From Candidatus Omnitrophota bacterium (GTDB taxonomy: Bacteria > Omnitrophota > Gorgyraeia > 2-01-FULL-45-10), in NCBI GenBank assembly GCA_041661345.1, contig JBAZUO010000002.1:6447-70446 (forward strand): a stretch of 64,000 nucleotides of DNA. Direction: 5' to 3'. Positions 1 through 9,019 of this stretch are shown piece by piece. The notes below the pieces were generated by a model that was not told the DNA's origin, ran no database searches, and saw only the letters and a list, made by a program, of their open reading frames with translations. Position 1 is the first letter of the stretch. Every line of letters begins with the position of its first letter. A program made the position numbers and the translations under genes.

Positions 1-1
1 C

Positions 2-556
2 ATACCGTTTCTTATATCGCTGTTAGCCGAACCCGGCGATGGTCAATTACTCATTGGCATAAGGGCTAACGGTGAGAAGTTTGAATGGGCACTTATTCTT
101 TTTTCCCTCTCTACCGGGAAACAGGATATCTCAATAGGTCAAAAATCAGCAATTGCACTTACCAAAATAGGAGAATCAGTCGTTGAGCCGCTAATCACGG
201 CTCTCAAGAATGAAGATTTTGTTGCTCGATTTAACGCTGTAGAAGCATTGGGCAATACAAAAGATAACCGTGCCCTCGAACCATTAATAGCAGTTTTAAA
301 AGATGAATATCCACCAGTTCGCTTCAATGCCGTAATAGCATTAGGGAAGATAAAAGGCCGGCGTGCAATTACTCCGTTAGAAGATCTTCTTAAAGATAGT
401 GATTATGCGGTTCAGCGGGCGACAGCGGAATCATTAAAAATGATAACCGGAAAAGATTACAAAACAAAATTGCCGAAACAGCAAGTCGAGCCGGCATGCA
501 TTACTTACCCTATCGATAAATACAAGCTCTGCTATAAAGAATTTAAATATATCTAA
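2..556 (+). CDS. HEAT-repeat (PBS-lyase-like) protein, 5' end outside window
   Basis: The frame is open from the window start, upstream of the track ATG at 248. It has repeated ~31-aa units: EPLITALKNEDFVARFNAVEALG, EPLIAVLKDEYPPVRFNAVIALG, TPLEDLLKDSDYAVQRATAESL. Confidence 0.75.
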   Translation: MPFLISLLAEPGDGQLLIGIRANGEKFEWALILFSLSTGKQDISIGQKSAIALTKIGESVVEPLITALKNEDFVARFNAVEALGNTKDNRALEPLIAVLKDEYPPVRFNAVIALGKIKGRRAITPLEDLLKDSDYAVQRATAESLKMITGKDYKTKLPKQQVEPACITYPIDKYKLCYKEFKYI

Positions 557-584
557 AGGCAGGTGCATGGAAAGGACATAAAAT

Positions 585-1139
585 ATGAAATATAGGATCT
601 TTTTTATAGCTTTTGTTGTATTGGCTGTATCATTTTTTGGAATTATTGAGACAACAGTAGCCAAAGATAACCAAGCCGATAATAAAACAGCCGCTGTAAT
701 AAGCGACGCGGCGGTATTTAAGTTGCTGCTATTAGACCTCGGTTATAACATAGTCGGGTTAGGATGGCAGGATAGGGGAGCCGTAGGCGCAGGTAAGGCT
801 GATGTTGAGGCAGCCTGGCATAAAGTTCTGTCAAAATACAACATGACCCCTAATTATGTATTTTCAAATGTTATGCCGGAGGACAATGACCTTCCGAATC
901 CGCCGGGATTATCAGGCAGTAAAACTGAAAGTGGGGTAAATATTTATCTTAGATTGCCTGATAAATGGTGCGAGGTGCTCTTAGTGAAACAATCCGGCAG
1001 TCTTCCCGATGTTAAATTTAAAAATGGCGGGATAGGTATAAATCTAAATACCATGAAAGTTACCTTCGAGGACAAGACCGAATGTGCGATTAATGGAAAA
1101 GAGTACATTTATAATAATGGAAAATGGTTTGAAAAGTGA
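585..1139 (+). CDS. hypothetical exported protein
   Basis: 184-aa ORF with a signal-like N-terminus (MKYRIFFIAFVVLAVSFFG). I recognise no family. The region is visibly AT-rich. Confidence 0.5.
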   Translation: MKYRIFFIAFVVLAVSFFGIIETTVAKDNQADNKTAAVISDAAVFKLLLLDLGYNIVGLGWQDRGAVGAGKADVEAAWHKVLSKYNMTPNYVFSNVMPEDNDLPNPPGLSGSKTESGVNIYLRLPDKWCEVLLVKQSGSLPDVKFKNGGIGINLNTMKVTFEDKTECAINGKEYIYNNGKWFEK

Positions 1140-1246
1140 TATGACTATGATAAAAAGACATTTCGCAGATTGGCAGCGGTGAGAAAACAAGTTATTGCCC
1201 ATATTTTAAAGCTGACTTATGGAAAGGGTTCCCAGAAAGGAAAAAG

Positions 1247-1528
1247 ATGACTCAAATAAAAATAATAACTCTGCTACTTATTAGTTTATGTATTTCATTT
1301 AACATGGTAGAGGCCAAAGAATCTAACGAATTTTTGGTGACGGACTTTACGCTAATAGATGTTAAACCAACGTTAACTGGGCATGAGAATAAGGCGTTTG
1401 TGGACACAGAGATGGTAGGCGAGGCAGACAAGAAAGAAATGACGGTTTTTTGGATTAAAAATGACTCGTCCTGTAAATTAGCGGCCAAAACAGGCGGTTT
1501 AACATGGGGGACGGTGGTTTTACGATAG
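1247..1528 (+). CDS. hypothetical exported protein (possibly the N-terminal part of a split gene)
   Basis: Signal-like N-terminus MTQIKIITLLLISLCISFNMVEA. The ORF ends inside the next ORF, and a G5 run at 1506-1510 lies in the overlap. Confidence 0.45.
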   Translation: MTQIKIITLLLISLCISFNMVEAKESNEFLVTDFTLIDVKPTLTGHENKAFVDTEMVGEADKKEMTVFWIKNDSSCKLAAKTGGLTWGTVVLR

Positions 1529-1836
1529 GATCAAACGGAGAGAGTATCTACTCAGGTAATTCTCACGTTGCTATTAATGGTGAAACTCAATTTTTTGGGA
1601 ATTTAGATTATGACGGTTCAGTCTACATGTTTATAGGAAAAGTACGTTTAGCAGGATATGTTTTTGATGGCAATACAAAGAATCCGCTGTCTTTTAAATT
1701 GTCCAAAAATACAGGTTTTGTTTATGTGTCAGGGGACGGAAGCGTGACTACAAAAGATGGAGCTGTCCATAATTTCAAAAATGGAACTATATCAGATGCG
1801 GGCGTTGACAAACTTAAAAAAATGTTCGATTTGTAA
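1504..1836 (+). CDS. hypothetical protein (possibly the C-terminal part of a split gene)
   Basis: 110-aa ORF that starts immediately after in-frame stops. One extra G in the G5 run would fuse it to 1247..1528. Confidence 0.45.
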   Translation: MGDGGFTIGSNGESIYSGNSHVAINGETQFFGNLDYDGSVYMFIGKVRLAGYVFDGNTKNPLSFKLSKNTGFVYVSGDGSVTTKDGAVHNFKNGTISDAGVDKLKKMFDL

Positions 1837-1928
1837 AATTCCCAGCAAATAGGGGCCATCCCATAAGGGGACACCCTACGAGATAAAATATTTTAAAATA
1901 ATTGCAACAAAATAGCCTCTTTTTGCAT

Positions 1929-1953
1929 CTTTATATATAGGAGATATATAAGG
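1929..1953. promoter_or_regulatory. AT-rich inverted repeat, operator-like, upstream of the TA promoter
   Basis: CTTTATATAT-aggag-ATATATAAGG. 9 of 10 arm positions are complementary. It lies 11 bp upstream of the -35 element. Confidence 0.4.
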
Positions 1954-1963
1954 CGTAAAAGCA

Positions 1964-1991
1964 TTGACTATTATAAGATATAGTGTATACT
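1964..1991 (+). promoter_or_regulatory. sigma70-type promoter of the toxin-antitoxin pair
   Basis: TTGACT (1964-1969), 16-nt spacer, TATACT (1986-1991). GGAGG at 2013-2017 precedes the ATG at 2026. Confidence 0.6.
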
Positions 1992-2025
1992 TATTTACGG
2001 AAAGTAAGGACAGGAGGTGTACACT

Positions 2026-2340
2026 ATGAAAAAGACAGTAGATACGCGTAAAAGACGAAAACATTTTATGGACGATGAGGTATCTTTCAGGATGGCTATA
2101 ATATCATCGAGAGGCCAGGTAACCATACCACAGGATGTTCGGGATATTATGCGCATAAAAAGAGGCTCCGTTATTGGTTTTGAACCCACAAAAAAAGGCA
2201 TACTGATGGTAGCGATGAAGGTTGAGCCGGAATATCCTTACACGGAAGCAGAATGGGAAAAGATTGAAAAACTCTCTAAAAGTAAGGGCAAGATTTATAA
2301 TAACGTGGAAGATGCCAAAAGACATATTGCTAACTTATGA
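2026..2340 (+). CDS. AbrB/SpoVT-family antitoxin
   Basis: SRGQVTIPQDVRDIMRIKRGSVIGFE is a swapped-hairpin AbrB/MazE-type motif. I prefer ATG 2026 with a GGAGG SD over the track GTG at 2017, which lies inside the SD. Confidence 0.75.
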   Translation: MKKTVDTRKRRKHFMDDEVSFRMAIISSRGQVTIPQDVRDIMRIKRGSVIGFEPTKKGILMVAMKVEPEYPYTEAEWEKIEKLSKSKGKIYNNVEDAKRHIANL

Positions 2341-2615
2341 GATATGAGTTTAAGGCGTCGTTTGATAGATCAATAAAACGTCTTTCAGATGACGCTAAGA
2401 TCGATATTAAGAAAGCAATCTTTGAAATTCTCGATCTCGTTTCTACAGGAAAGACGGCCTCGAAAGGGCAGGGCTTTACGAGATTGCGTAAAGACTATTG
2501 GGAAGCAAGAACGACAATTAGGGAACGGATATTATTCAAGCTTACGGACGATTTAATTCAGTTTATGATTGTCGGTAACCATGAAGACATTAAAAGATTC
2601 CTGAAGCGAATATAG
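2337..2615 (+). CDS. RelE/ParE-superfamily toxin
   Basis: 92 aa with an ATGA overlap onto the antitoxin. The C-terminal pattern YWEARTTIRERILFKLTDDLIQFMIVGNHEDI matches the RelE/StbE-type layout. Confidence 0.65.
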   Translation: MRYEFKASFDRSIKRLSDDAKIDIKKAIFEILDLVSTGKTASKGQGFTRLRKDYWEARTTIRERILFKLTDDLIQFMIVGNHEDIKRFLKRI

Positions 2616-2636
2616 CCCACCTATCGGCGAATAGGA

Positions 2637-2665
2637 TTGACTTTGCCTGCCTTTTATGCTATTTT
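2637..2665 (+). promoter_or_regulatory. putative sigma70-type promoter upstream of yggS
   Basis: TTGACT (2637-2642), 17-nt spacer, TATTTT (2660-2665). Confidence 0.4.
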
Positions 2666-2674
2666 ATCAAGCCA

Positions 2675-3337
2675 ATGATTGCCGAGAACCTTAAGTCCGT
2701 AACACAAAGAATAACAAGGTGTTGCGAGAAATCAGGACGGCCCGCGAATGAGATCACCCTCATATGCGTTACGAAGGAAGCTACTATAGAAGATGCGTCC
2801 GAGGCGGTGCGTCTGGGCGCAGTCAATCTGGGTGAAAACAGGGTCCAGGAATTAGTTTCCAAGCACAAGGCGATAGGCGATAAGGCACTCTGGCATCTGA
2901 TAGGGCATCTCCAGACGAATAAAGTTCGCGATGCCGTAGGAATAGCCTCGCTCATCCATTCGGTAGATAGCGATAGATTAGCCAAAGAGATCGATAAAGA
3001 AGCGGCTAAGCTCGGCAAGGTTCAGGATATATTGATTCAGGTAAATGTTTCAGGCGAGGCGAGTAAATTTGGCATAGCGCCGGAGCATTTGAGTCAATTA
3101 TTAAAAGAGGTCAGTTTATACCGTAATATTGCCGTTAAAGGGTTGATGACCATTGCGCCCGAGGCAGAAGATATCGAGAAGGTAAGGCCGTTTTTCCATA
3201 AATTGCGCGAGCTGAAAGATAGGGCAGGCTTACAGCTTCTTTCGATGGGCATGACGAACGATTTTGAGATTGCGATAGAGGAAGGTTCGGACATCGTGAG
3301 GATCGGCCGCGCGATATTCGGATGGGACAGATCATGA
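2675..3337 (+). CDS. yggS: YggS-family pyridoxal-phosphate homeostasis protein
   Basis: LICVTKEATIE, NLGENRVQE, HLIGHLQTNKV, LSMGMTNDFEIAIEEGSDIVRIGRAIFG. Confidence 0.9.
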   Translation: MIAENLKSVTQRITRCCEKSGRPANEITLICVTKEATIEDASEAVRLGAVNLGENRVQELVSKHKAIGDKALWHLIGHLQTNKVRDAVGIASLIHSVDSDRLAKEIDKEAAKLGKVQDILIQVNVSGEASKFGIAPEHLSQLLKEVSLYRNIAVKGLMTIAPEAEDIEKVRPFFHKLRELKDRAGLQLLSMGMTNDFEIAIEEGSDIVRIGRAIFGWDRS

Positions 3338-4146
3338 CAAATAAAAAGATCGGGATAATCGGCGGCGGGAACATGGGCGAGGCTATATTCAGCCGCCTGT
3401 CGAATGTCATCGAAAAATCTACATCGCTTATGCTTAGCGAACTCGATGTCGCGAGGCGTGATTATCTGCAGAAGAAATATAAGATCATAGTAGAGATCGA
3501 CAATAATGTCGTAGTCAAATACTCGGATGTTATAATACTTGCCGTTAAACCGAAAGATTTCGATAAGATATTGAAACAGGAAGTGTGCTGCGGCGTATCA
3601 AAAAATAAATTGCTGATATCGATAGCCGCCGGCATCACGACCGGGTATATAGAGAATATTGTGGGCAAAGATATCCCTGTGATAAGGGTGATGCCGAATA
3701 TGCCGGCACTCATAGGCGAGGGTATGTCGAGCATTAGCGCCGGCCGTTCGGCGAGTTCCGGGGATATGGAAACCGCGAAGGAGATATTTTCTTCTATCGG
3801 TGAAGTGATCGAGGTGGAGGAGAAACTGGTCGATGCCGTAACCGCCGTTAGCGGAAGCGGGCCCGCCTATTTTTTCTACCTGGTCGAGGCGCTCGTGGAT
3901 GCGGGCGTCAAACTTGGCTTAAATCTTGAAACGTCGAAAAAGCTCGTATTGCAGACAGCGTTGGGCAGTATGAAATTATTGGAGGCACTTAAAGAGGAAC
4001 CCGAGACGCTGCGGAAGAGGGTAACGTCGAAAGGCGGGACGACCGAGGCCGCTTTGAAGGTATTCGAAAAGAAGATATTAAAGAACGTGATCAATGACGC
4101 CGTCAGGGCGGCGCATAAACGTTCAAAAGAACTTACGGGGGGATAA
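3334..4146 (+). CDS. proC: pyrroline-5-carboxylate reductase
   Basis: KIGIIGGGNMGEAI Rossmann motif, VMPNMPALIGEG, TSKGGTTEAAL. ATG 3334 forms an ATGA overlap with the yggS stop; the track start 3322 is also possible. Confidence 0.9.
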   Translation: MTNKKIGIIGGGNMGEAIFSRLSNVIEKSTSLMLSELDVARRDYLQKKYKIIVEIDNNVVVKYSDVIILAVKPKDFDKILKQEVCCGVSKNKLLISIAAGITTGYIENIVGKDIPVIRVMPNMPALIGEGMSSISAGRSASSGDMETAKEIFSSIGEVIEVEEKLVDAVTAVSGSGPAYFFYLVEALVDAGVKLGLNLETSKKLVLQTALGSMKLLEALKEEPETLRKRVTSKGGTTEAALKVFEKKILKNVINDAVRAAHKRSKELTGG

Positions 4147-4149
4147 AAC

Positions 4150-4449
4150 ATGTTTGTATTTGGTAATTTCCTGTTTGCCGTAACCACGATCATCGATTAT
4201 GCTCTGACGATAGTCAACTGGCTGATAATAATAAGGGCGCTCATAAGCTGGGTCAATCCCGATCCGTATAATCCGATAGTTCTATTTCTATATAAGACGA
4301 CCGAGCCCATCATGGCGCCATTCAGGCGCATCATACCGACCTACGCTATCGGCCTTGATGTATCGCCGATATTCGCGTTGATATTTGTGTGGTTCCTTAA
4401 ACTATTTTTGGTAAGAACGCTTTTCGGTTTGGCGATGAGATTGGGATAG
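4150..4449 (+). CDS. yggT: YggT-family membrane protein
   Basis: 99-aa membrane protein with LIIIRALISWVNPDPYNPI. It sits in the conserved yggS-proC-yggT context. Confidence 0.85.
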   Translation: MFVFGNFLFAVTTIIDYALTIVNWLIIIRALISWVNPDPYNPIVLFLYKTTEPIMAPFRRIIPTYAIGLDVSPIFALIFVWFLKLFLVRTLFGLAMRLG

Positions 4450-4459
4450 GAGAATAGAC

Positions 4460-5329
4460 ATGAGCGGCAAGATAGGGATAATAGGCGGCAGCGGTTTTTA
4501 TAATATCGGCGGTATAAAGGATGTAAAGGCCGTTGCGGTAAAAACGCCATTCGGAGACCCTTCCGATAAATTCATGTGCGGTGTGCTGGAAGGCGTTGAG
4601 GTAGCGTTTCTCGCGAGGCACGGCGCGGGGCATAAGGTCCTGCCGAGCGAAATTAACTATCGCGCGAATATTTACGCCATGAAGAAGCTCGGCGTCGAGC
4701 GCATCATATCGGTTTCGGCATGCGGAAGCCTGAAGGAAGAGTTGAAGCCGCTGGACATAGTTATACCGGATCAGTTTTTAGACAGGACGAACTACGGCAG
4801 GCGTATGACATTCTTTGGCGACGGGATAGTTGCTCATATACCGTTCGCTGAACCGGTTTGCGAGCATTTATCCAAAGCGCTGTACGATGCCGGGTGCAAG
4901 GTTGGAGCCAAAATGCATCTCGGTGGCACTTACGTAAACATGGAGGGGCCGCAATTTTCGACCAAGGCAGAGTCCAATCTTTATAGATCGTGGGGGATGG
5001 GCATAATAGGCATGACGAATCTTGCCGAGGCGAAACTTGCCAGGGAGGCCGAGATCTGCTACGCGACACTTGCTTGCATTACAGATTACGACTGCTGGAG
5101 GATGGATCAGGTCAGTGAGACCGTATCGTTGGAGATGGTAATGGGTAATCTCCTTAAGAATGTAGATGTATCGAAGAATATACTCAAGATTGTATTGCCG
5201 AAACTTGCCGATGCCAGAGAATGTGCCTGCGTAACGGCACTCAAGGATTCGATAGTCACGGCGCCGCAATTCATTCCGGCCGAGACGAAGAAAAAATTAG
5301 AGCTCATAATAGGGAAATATATTAAATAG
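4460..5329 (+). CDS. mtnP: S-methyl-5'-thioadenosine phosphorylase
   Basis: IGIIGGSGFY, TPFGDPSD, FLARHGAGHKVLPSEINYRANIYAMKKLG, GMTNLAEAKLAREAEICY. Confidence 0.9.
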   Translation: MSGKIGIIGGSGFYNIGGIKDVKAVAVKTPFGDPSDKFMCGVLEGVEVAFLARHGAGHKVLPSEINYRANIYAMKKLGVERIISVSACGSLKEELKPLDIVIPDQFLDRTNYGRRMTFFGDGIVAHIPFAEPVCEHLSKALYDAGCKVGAKMHLGGTYVNMEGPQFSTKAESNLYRSWGMGIIGMTNLAEAKLAREAEICYATLACITDYDCWRMDQVSETVSLEMVMGNLLKNVDVSKNILKIVLPKLADARECACVTALKDSIVTAPQFIPAETKKKLELIIGKYIK

Positions 5330-8086
5330 ATGGAATACAAAAACACACTGAATCTTCCGCGAACCGATTTTCCGATGAAGGCGGATCTGCCGAACCGCGA
5401 ACCGAAGATGTTGAAAGAGTGGCAGGATTCCGGCCTTTACACGAAGATCCGCAATGCGCGAAAAGGCAGTAAAAAATTTATTCTGCATGACGGGCCGCCG
5501 TACGCAAATGGTTCCATACACATGGGCCACGCTTTAAACAAGATCCTGAAAGATATCGTCATGCGGTACAAGACGATGCGCCTTCTCGATTCGCCGTATG
5601 TGCCGGGTTGGGATTGCCACGGTTTGCCCGTAGAGCATCAGCTATTCAAAGATCTCAAGATGACGAAATACGACATCGATCAGGTTAAGTTCAGGAAGAA
5701 GGCTTATGACTACGCGATGAAATACGTGGGCATCCAGAGGGATGAGTTTAAACGCCTGGGTATCATGGGTGATTGGGATAATCCGTATCTGACCATCAAG
5801 ACGGCCTATGAGGCCGAGATCATCAGATCGTTCGGAAAACTCGTCGATAAGGGCTACATATATAAGGGCTTAAAACCGGTGAACTGGTGTACTACCTGCG
5901 AAACGGCGCTCGCCGAGGCCGAGGTCGAGTACGAGAATAAAGTATCCCCTTCGATCTATGTGAAATTTGAATCGGTATATGATAACGCGCCGGCGCATTT
6001 TATAATCTGGACCACGACGCCCTGGACGCTGGTGGCAAACGTTGCGATTGCCGTTCATCCGGAATTGGATTACGTCCTGGTGAAAGCCAATGGCGAGCGA
6101 TATATTGTGGCAAAAGCCCGTCTCGAAGCTGTTATGGAAAAATTCGGATTCGAAGTTTATGAGACGGTAAAGACATTTAAAGGGAAAGATCTGAACGGCC
6201 TCGAGGCGAGGCATCCATTTATTGACAGGATTTCCAAAGTGGTGCTTGCCGAATATGTTTCGATGGAAGACGGCACCGGCTGTGTTCACACGGCCCCGGG
6301 GCATGGGCAGGAAGACTATATGACGGGGAAGCGCTGCAAGCTTCCGATACTGATGCCGGTCAATTCAAGAGGCAAGTTCGATGAAACAGCGGGCGAGTTC
6401 GGCGGAATGGATGTTTACAAGGCGAACAGGCCCATAATTGATAAACTCAAACTCCTCGGGAAACTCGTTCGCGAGGAAGAACTGACACATTCGTACCCGC
6501 ATTGCTGGCGCTGTAAAAAGCCCATAATATTCCGCGCGACCGAACAATATTTCATGAAGATCGATCACGACGACTTGAGGCGCAAGATAATGGAGGCGAT
6601 CACCAAAACTATAAAGTGGATACCCGCCGCGGGCCAGGCGCGGATATCGTCGATGGTCGCCAACAGGCCCGACTGGTGCCTTTCGAGGCAGAGGTACTGG
6701 GGGGTTCCCATAATCGCGTTTTATTGCGAGGGCTGTAAAGCGGTGCTTCTTGACGCGAAGGTTATCGAGCACGTCGCCGGCCTCGTAGAGAAAGAAGGCG
6801 CCGACATATGGTTCTCGAAGAAAGAAGAGGAGCTTCTTCCGCACGGGACGGAGTGCAAAGTTTGTAAGGGCCGTAAGTTTAGGAAAGAGACCGATATCAT
6901 CGATGTCTGGTTCGACTCGGGCGTCAGCCATCAGGCGGTACTGAAGAATAATAAATCGCTTGATTATCCCTGCGAGTTGTACCTGGAAGGCTCCGACCAG
7001 CACAGGGGGTGGTTCCAGTCGGCGCTCATCACGGCGATGGGGATCGATAACATCTCTCCGTATAAGAATGTGCTGACCCATGGATTCGTTGTAGATGGCG
7101 AAGGGAAGAAGATGTCGAAGTCGCTTGGCAATGTGCTAACGCCGGCTCAGGTCATGAAGAAATACGGCGCGGACATTTTAAGGCTATGGGTCGCGTCCAG
7201 CGACTACTCCGAGGACGTAAGGTTATCCGACGAGATCCTGACGAGGCTTGCCGACGCTTACAGGAAGATACGCAATACCTATAAATATCTTTTAAGCAAT
7301 CTGTATGATTACGATCCCGCGAAAAATTCCGTACCTCACGACCGGATGCTCGAAATAGACAGATGGGTCCTGTCGAAACTGTCCGGGCTTATAAGGCAGG
7401 TGGAGGGGCATTACGATTCATACGAATTCCACAAGATTTACAGGGATGTCTACAATTTCTGTGTCTACGAAATTTCGTCGGTTTACCTGGACATTTTGAA
7501 GGATAGAATGTATACTTTTAAATCCGATTCGCTCGAGCGAAGAAGCGGCCAGACGGCGATGTTCGAGATATTGACAAGCCTGCTTAAGATAATGGCGCCG
7601 ATACTAGCCATGACTACGGATGAGGCCTGGGCCTGCCTTAAATATGAAGGAAAGGGCGATTCGGTGCACCTTGAAGAATGGCCGAATGCAAATTACGAAA
7701 AGCTTTTCGACGAATCTTTGAATGAAAAATGGAGCCGCCTCATCGCAGTCAGAGAAGCGGTATTGAAAAAGTTGGAGGAAAAGAGAGGCTTGGGCGTCAT
7801 AGGTTCGAGCCTTGAAGCCAGGGTAACGCTTTCAACCGATTCCGCGGATTACAAAAAACTTTTAAGTGACAATAAAGATCTTTTAAGGTATATCTTCATA
7901 GTGTCTCAGGTCGAGCTTAATGATTCTCCCGTCAAGGGAGGCGAGGCCCTCGGCGGCATTCCTATCGCTGTCTATATAGAGAAGGCGAAGGGCCAGAAGT
8001 GCCAGAGATGCTGGAACTACAGCGAGTTGGTCGGCGCTAATAAAGATCATCCGGCCATATGTGAAAGATGTATTAAATCAATATAG
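5330..8086 (+). CDS. ileS: isoleucine--tRNA ligase
   Basis: 918 aa with HIGH-type motif PYANGSIHMGHALN, KMSKS, and C-terminal Cys pairs CQRCWNY...CERC. Confidence 0.97.
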   Translation: MEYKNTLNLPRTDFPMKADLPNREPKMLKEWQDSGLYTKIRNARKGSKKFILHDGPPYANGSIHMGHALNKILKDIVMRYKTMRLLDSPYVPGWDCHGLPVEHQLFKDLKMTKYDIDQVKFRKKAYDYAMKYVGIQRDEFKRLGIMGDWDNPYLTIKTAYEAEIIRSFGKLVDKGYIYKGLKPVNWCTTCETALAEAEVEYENKVSPSIYVKFESVYDNAPAHFIIWTTTPWTLVANVAIAVHPELDYVLVKANGERYIVAKARLEAVMEKFGFEVYETVKTFKGKDLNGLEARHPFIDRISKVVLAEYVSMEDGTGCVHTAPGHGQEDYMTGKRCKLPILMPVNSRGKFDETAGEFGGMDVYKANRPIIDKLKLLGKLVREEELTHSYPHCWRCKKPIIFRATEQYFMKIDHDDLRRKIMEAITKTIKWIPAAGQARISSMVANRPDWCLSRQRYWGVPIIAFYCEGCKAVLLDAKVIEHVAGLVEKEGADIWFSKKEEELLPHGTECKVCKGRKFRKETDIIDVWFDSGVSHQAVLKNNKSLDYPCELYLEGSDQHRGWFQSALITAMGIDNISPYKNVLTHGFVVDGEGKKMSKSLGNVLTPAQVMKKYGADILRLWVASSDYSEDVRLSDEILTRLADAYRKIRNTYKYLLSNLYDYDPAKNSVPHDRMLEIDRWVLSKLSGLIRQVEGHYDSYEFHKIYRDVYNFCVYEISSVYLDILKDRMYTFKSDSLERRSGQTAMFEILTSLLKIMAPILAMTTDEAWACLKYEGKGDSVHLEEWPNANYEKLFDESLNEKWSRLIAVREAVLKKLEEKRGLGVIGSSLEARVTLSTDSADYKKLLSDNKDLLRYIFIVSQVELNDSPVKGGEALGGIPIAVYIEKAKGQKCQRCWNYSELVGANKDHPAICERCIKSI

Positions 8087-8105
8087 AAAAAGGAGTAACT
8101 TAAAA

Positions 8106-8579
8106 ATGGCGAAAGCGAAAAAGTCGAAATCGGTAAAAAAAGTAAAAAAGGTAAAGAGGCTATCTAGACCTAAAAAGGTCCGCGTATCAAAACCGAAGGT
8201 TAAGGCACTGCCTAAATCAGAGCTTAAGATCTACAAGGCGCTTCTTCTTAAGGAGAGAGAAAAGGTTGGCGGCGGGTTGTCCCACATAACGGAAGCCACT
8301 CTCAATAAGTCTCAGAGAGAAGCATCGGGCGACCTTTCAGGATATTCCTATCACATGGCCGATATGGCCAGCGATGACTACGAGAGGGATTTCTCGCTGG
8401 GCAGGGCAACCGACGAACAGCGCATATTATACTCGATCGATGAAGCGATGAAGCGCGTAGAGGATGGCACTTACGGGGCATGCCTGCAGTGCGGAAAATC
8501 GATCCCGAAAAAGAGGCTGAAAGTGCTGCCGTACACCGAAACGTGTATCGAATGTCAGAAGGCAAAAGAGCATAAATGA
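8106..8579 (+). CDS. DksA/TraR-family C4 zinc-finger protein with a Lys-rich N-terminal extension
   Basis: CLQCGKSIPKKRLKVLPYTETCIECQ. ATG 8106 follows AGGAG at 8091-8095. The track start 8061 would overlap ileS. Confidence 0.85.
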   Translation: MAKAKKSKSVKKVKKVKRLSRPKKVRVSKPKVKALPKSELKIYKALLLKEREKVGGGLSHITEATLNKSQREASGDLSGYSYHMADMASDDYERDFSLGRATDEQRILYSIDEAMKRVEDGTYGACLQCGKSIPKKRLKVLPYTETCIECQKAKEHK

Positions 8580-9019
8580 CCGTTATCATAGCGCTGGCTG
8601 TGCTGGCGCTGGATAGAGTTACTAAAATAATGGCGCTGAGCCTGTTGTCGCCGGGAGACTCGATCAGCGCGATACCCGGAATATTTCATTTAACGCTGGT
8701 TTTGAATAATGGGACCGCATTCGGCCTATTCAAAGGTATGAATGCGTTTTTTATTTTGATCTCCACAGCCGTTATTACCTATATCATACTTTATGCGTGG
8801 AGAAACAGGCCTCTCGGGTTCGCCTGGTCATTGATATTGGGTTTCATATTGGGCGGGGCCTCCGGTAATCTTTTCGATAGAATAAAATTCGGACGAGTCA
8901 TCGACTTTTTAGACTTCCGTATCTGGCCGGTATTTAACGTAGCCGATTCCTGCATAACGATAGGCATGATACTATTGGCCTGGAAGATATTGAGGCATAA
9001 ATGCACCCCATCCTCCTGA
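8576..9019 (+). CDS. lspA: lipoprotein signal peptidase II
   Basis: Four TM segments, NNGTAFG, and FNVADSCITIG. ATGA overlap with the upstream gene. ileS-lspA linkage is conserved. Confidence 0.9.
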   Translation: MTVIIALAVLALDRVTKIMALSLLSPGDSISAIPGIFHLTLVLNNGTAFGLFKGMNAFFILISTAVITYIILYAWRNRPLGFAWSLILGFILGGASGNLFDRIKFGRVIDFLDFRIWPVFNVADSCITIGMILLAWKILRHKCTPSS

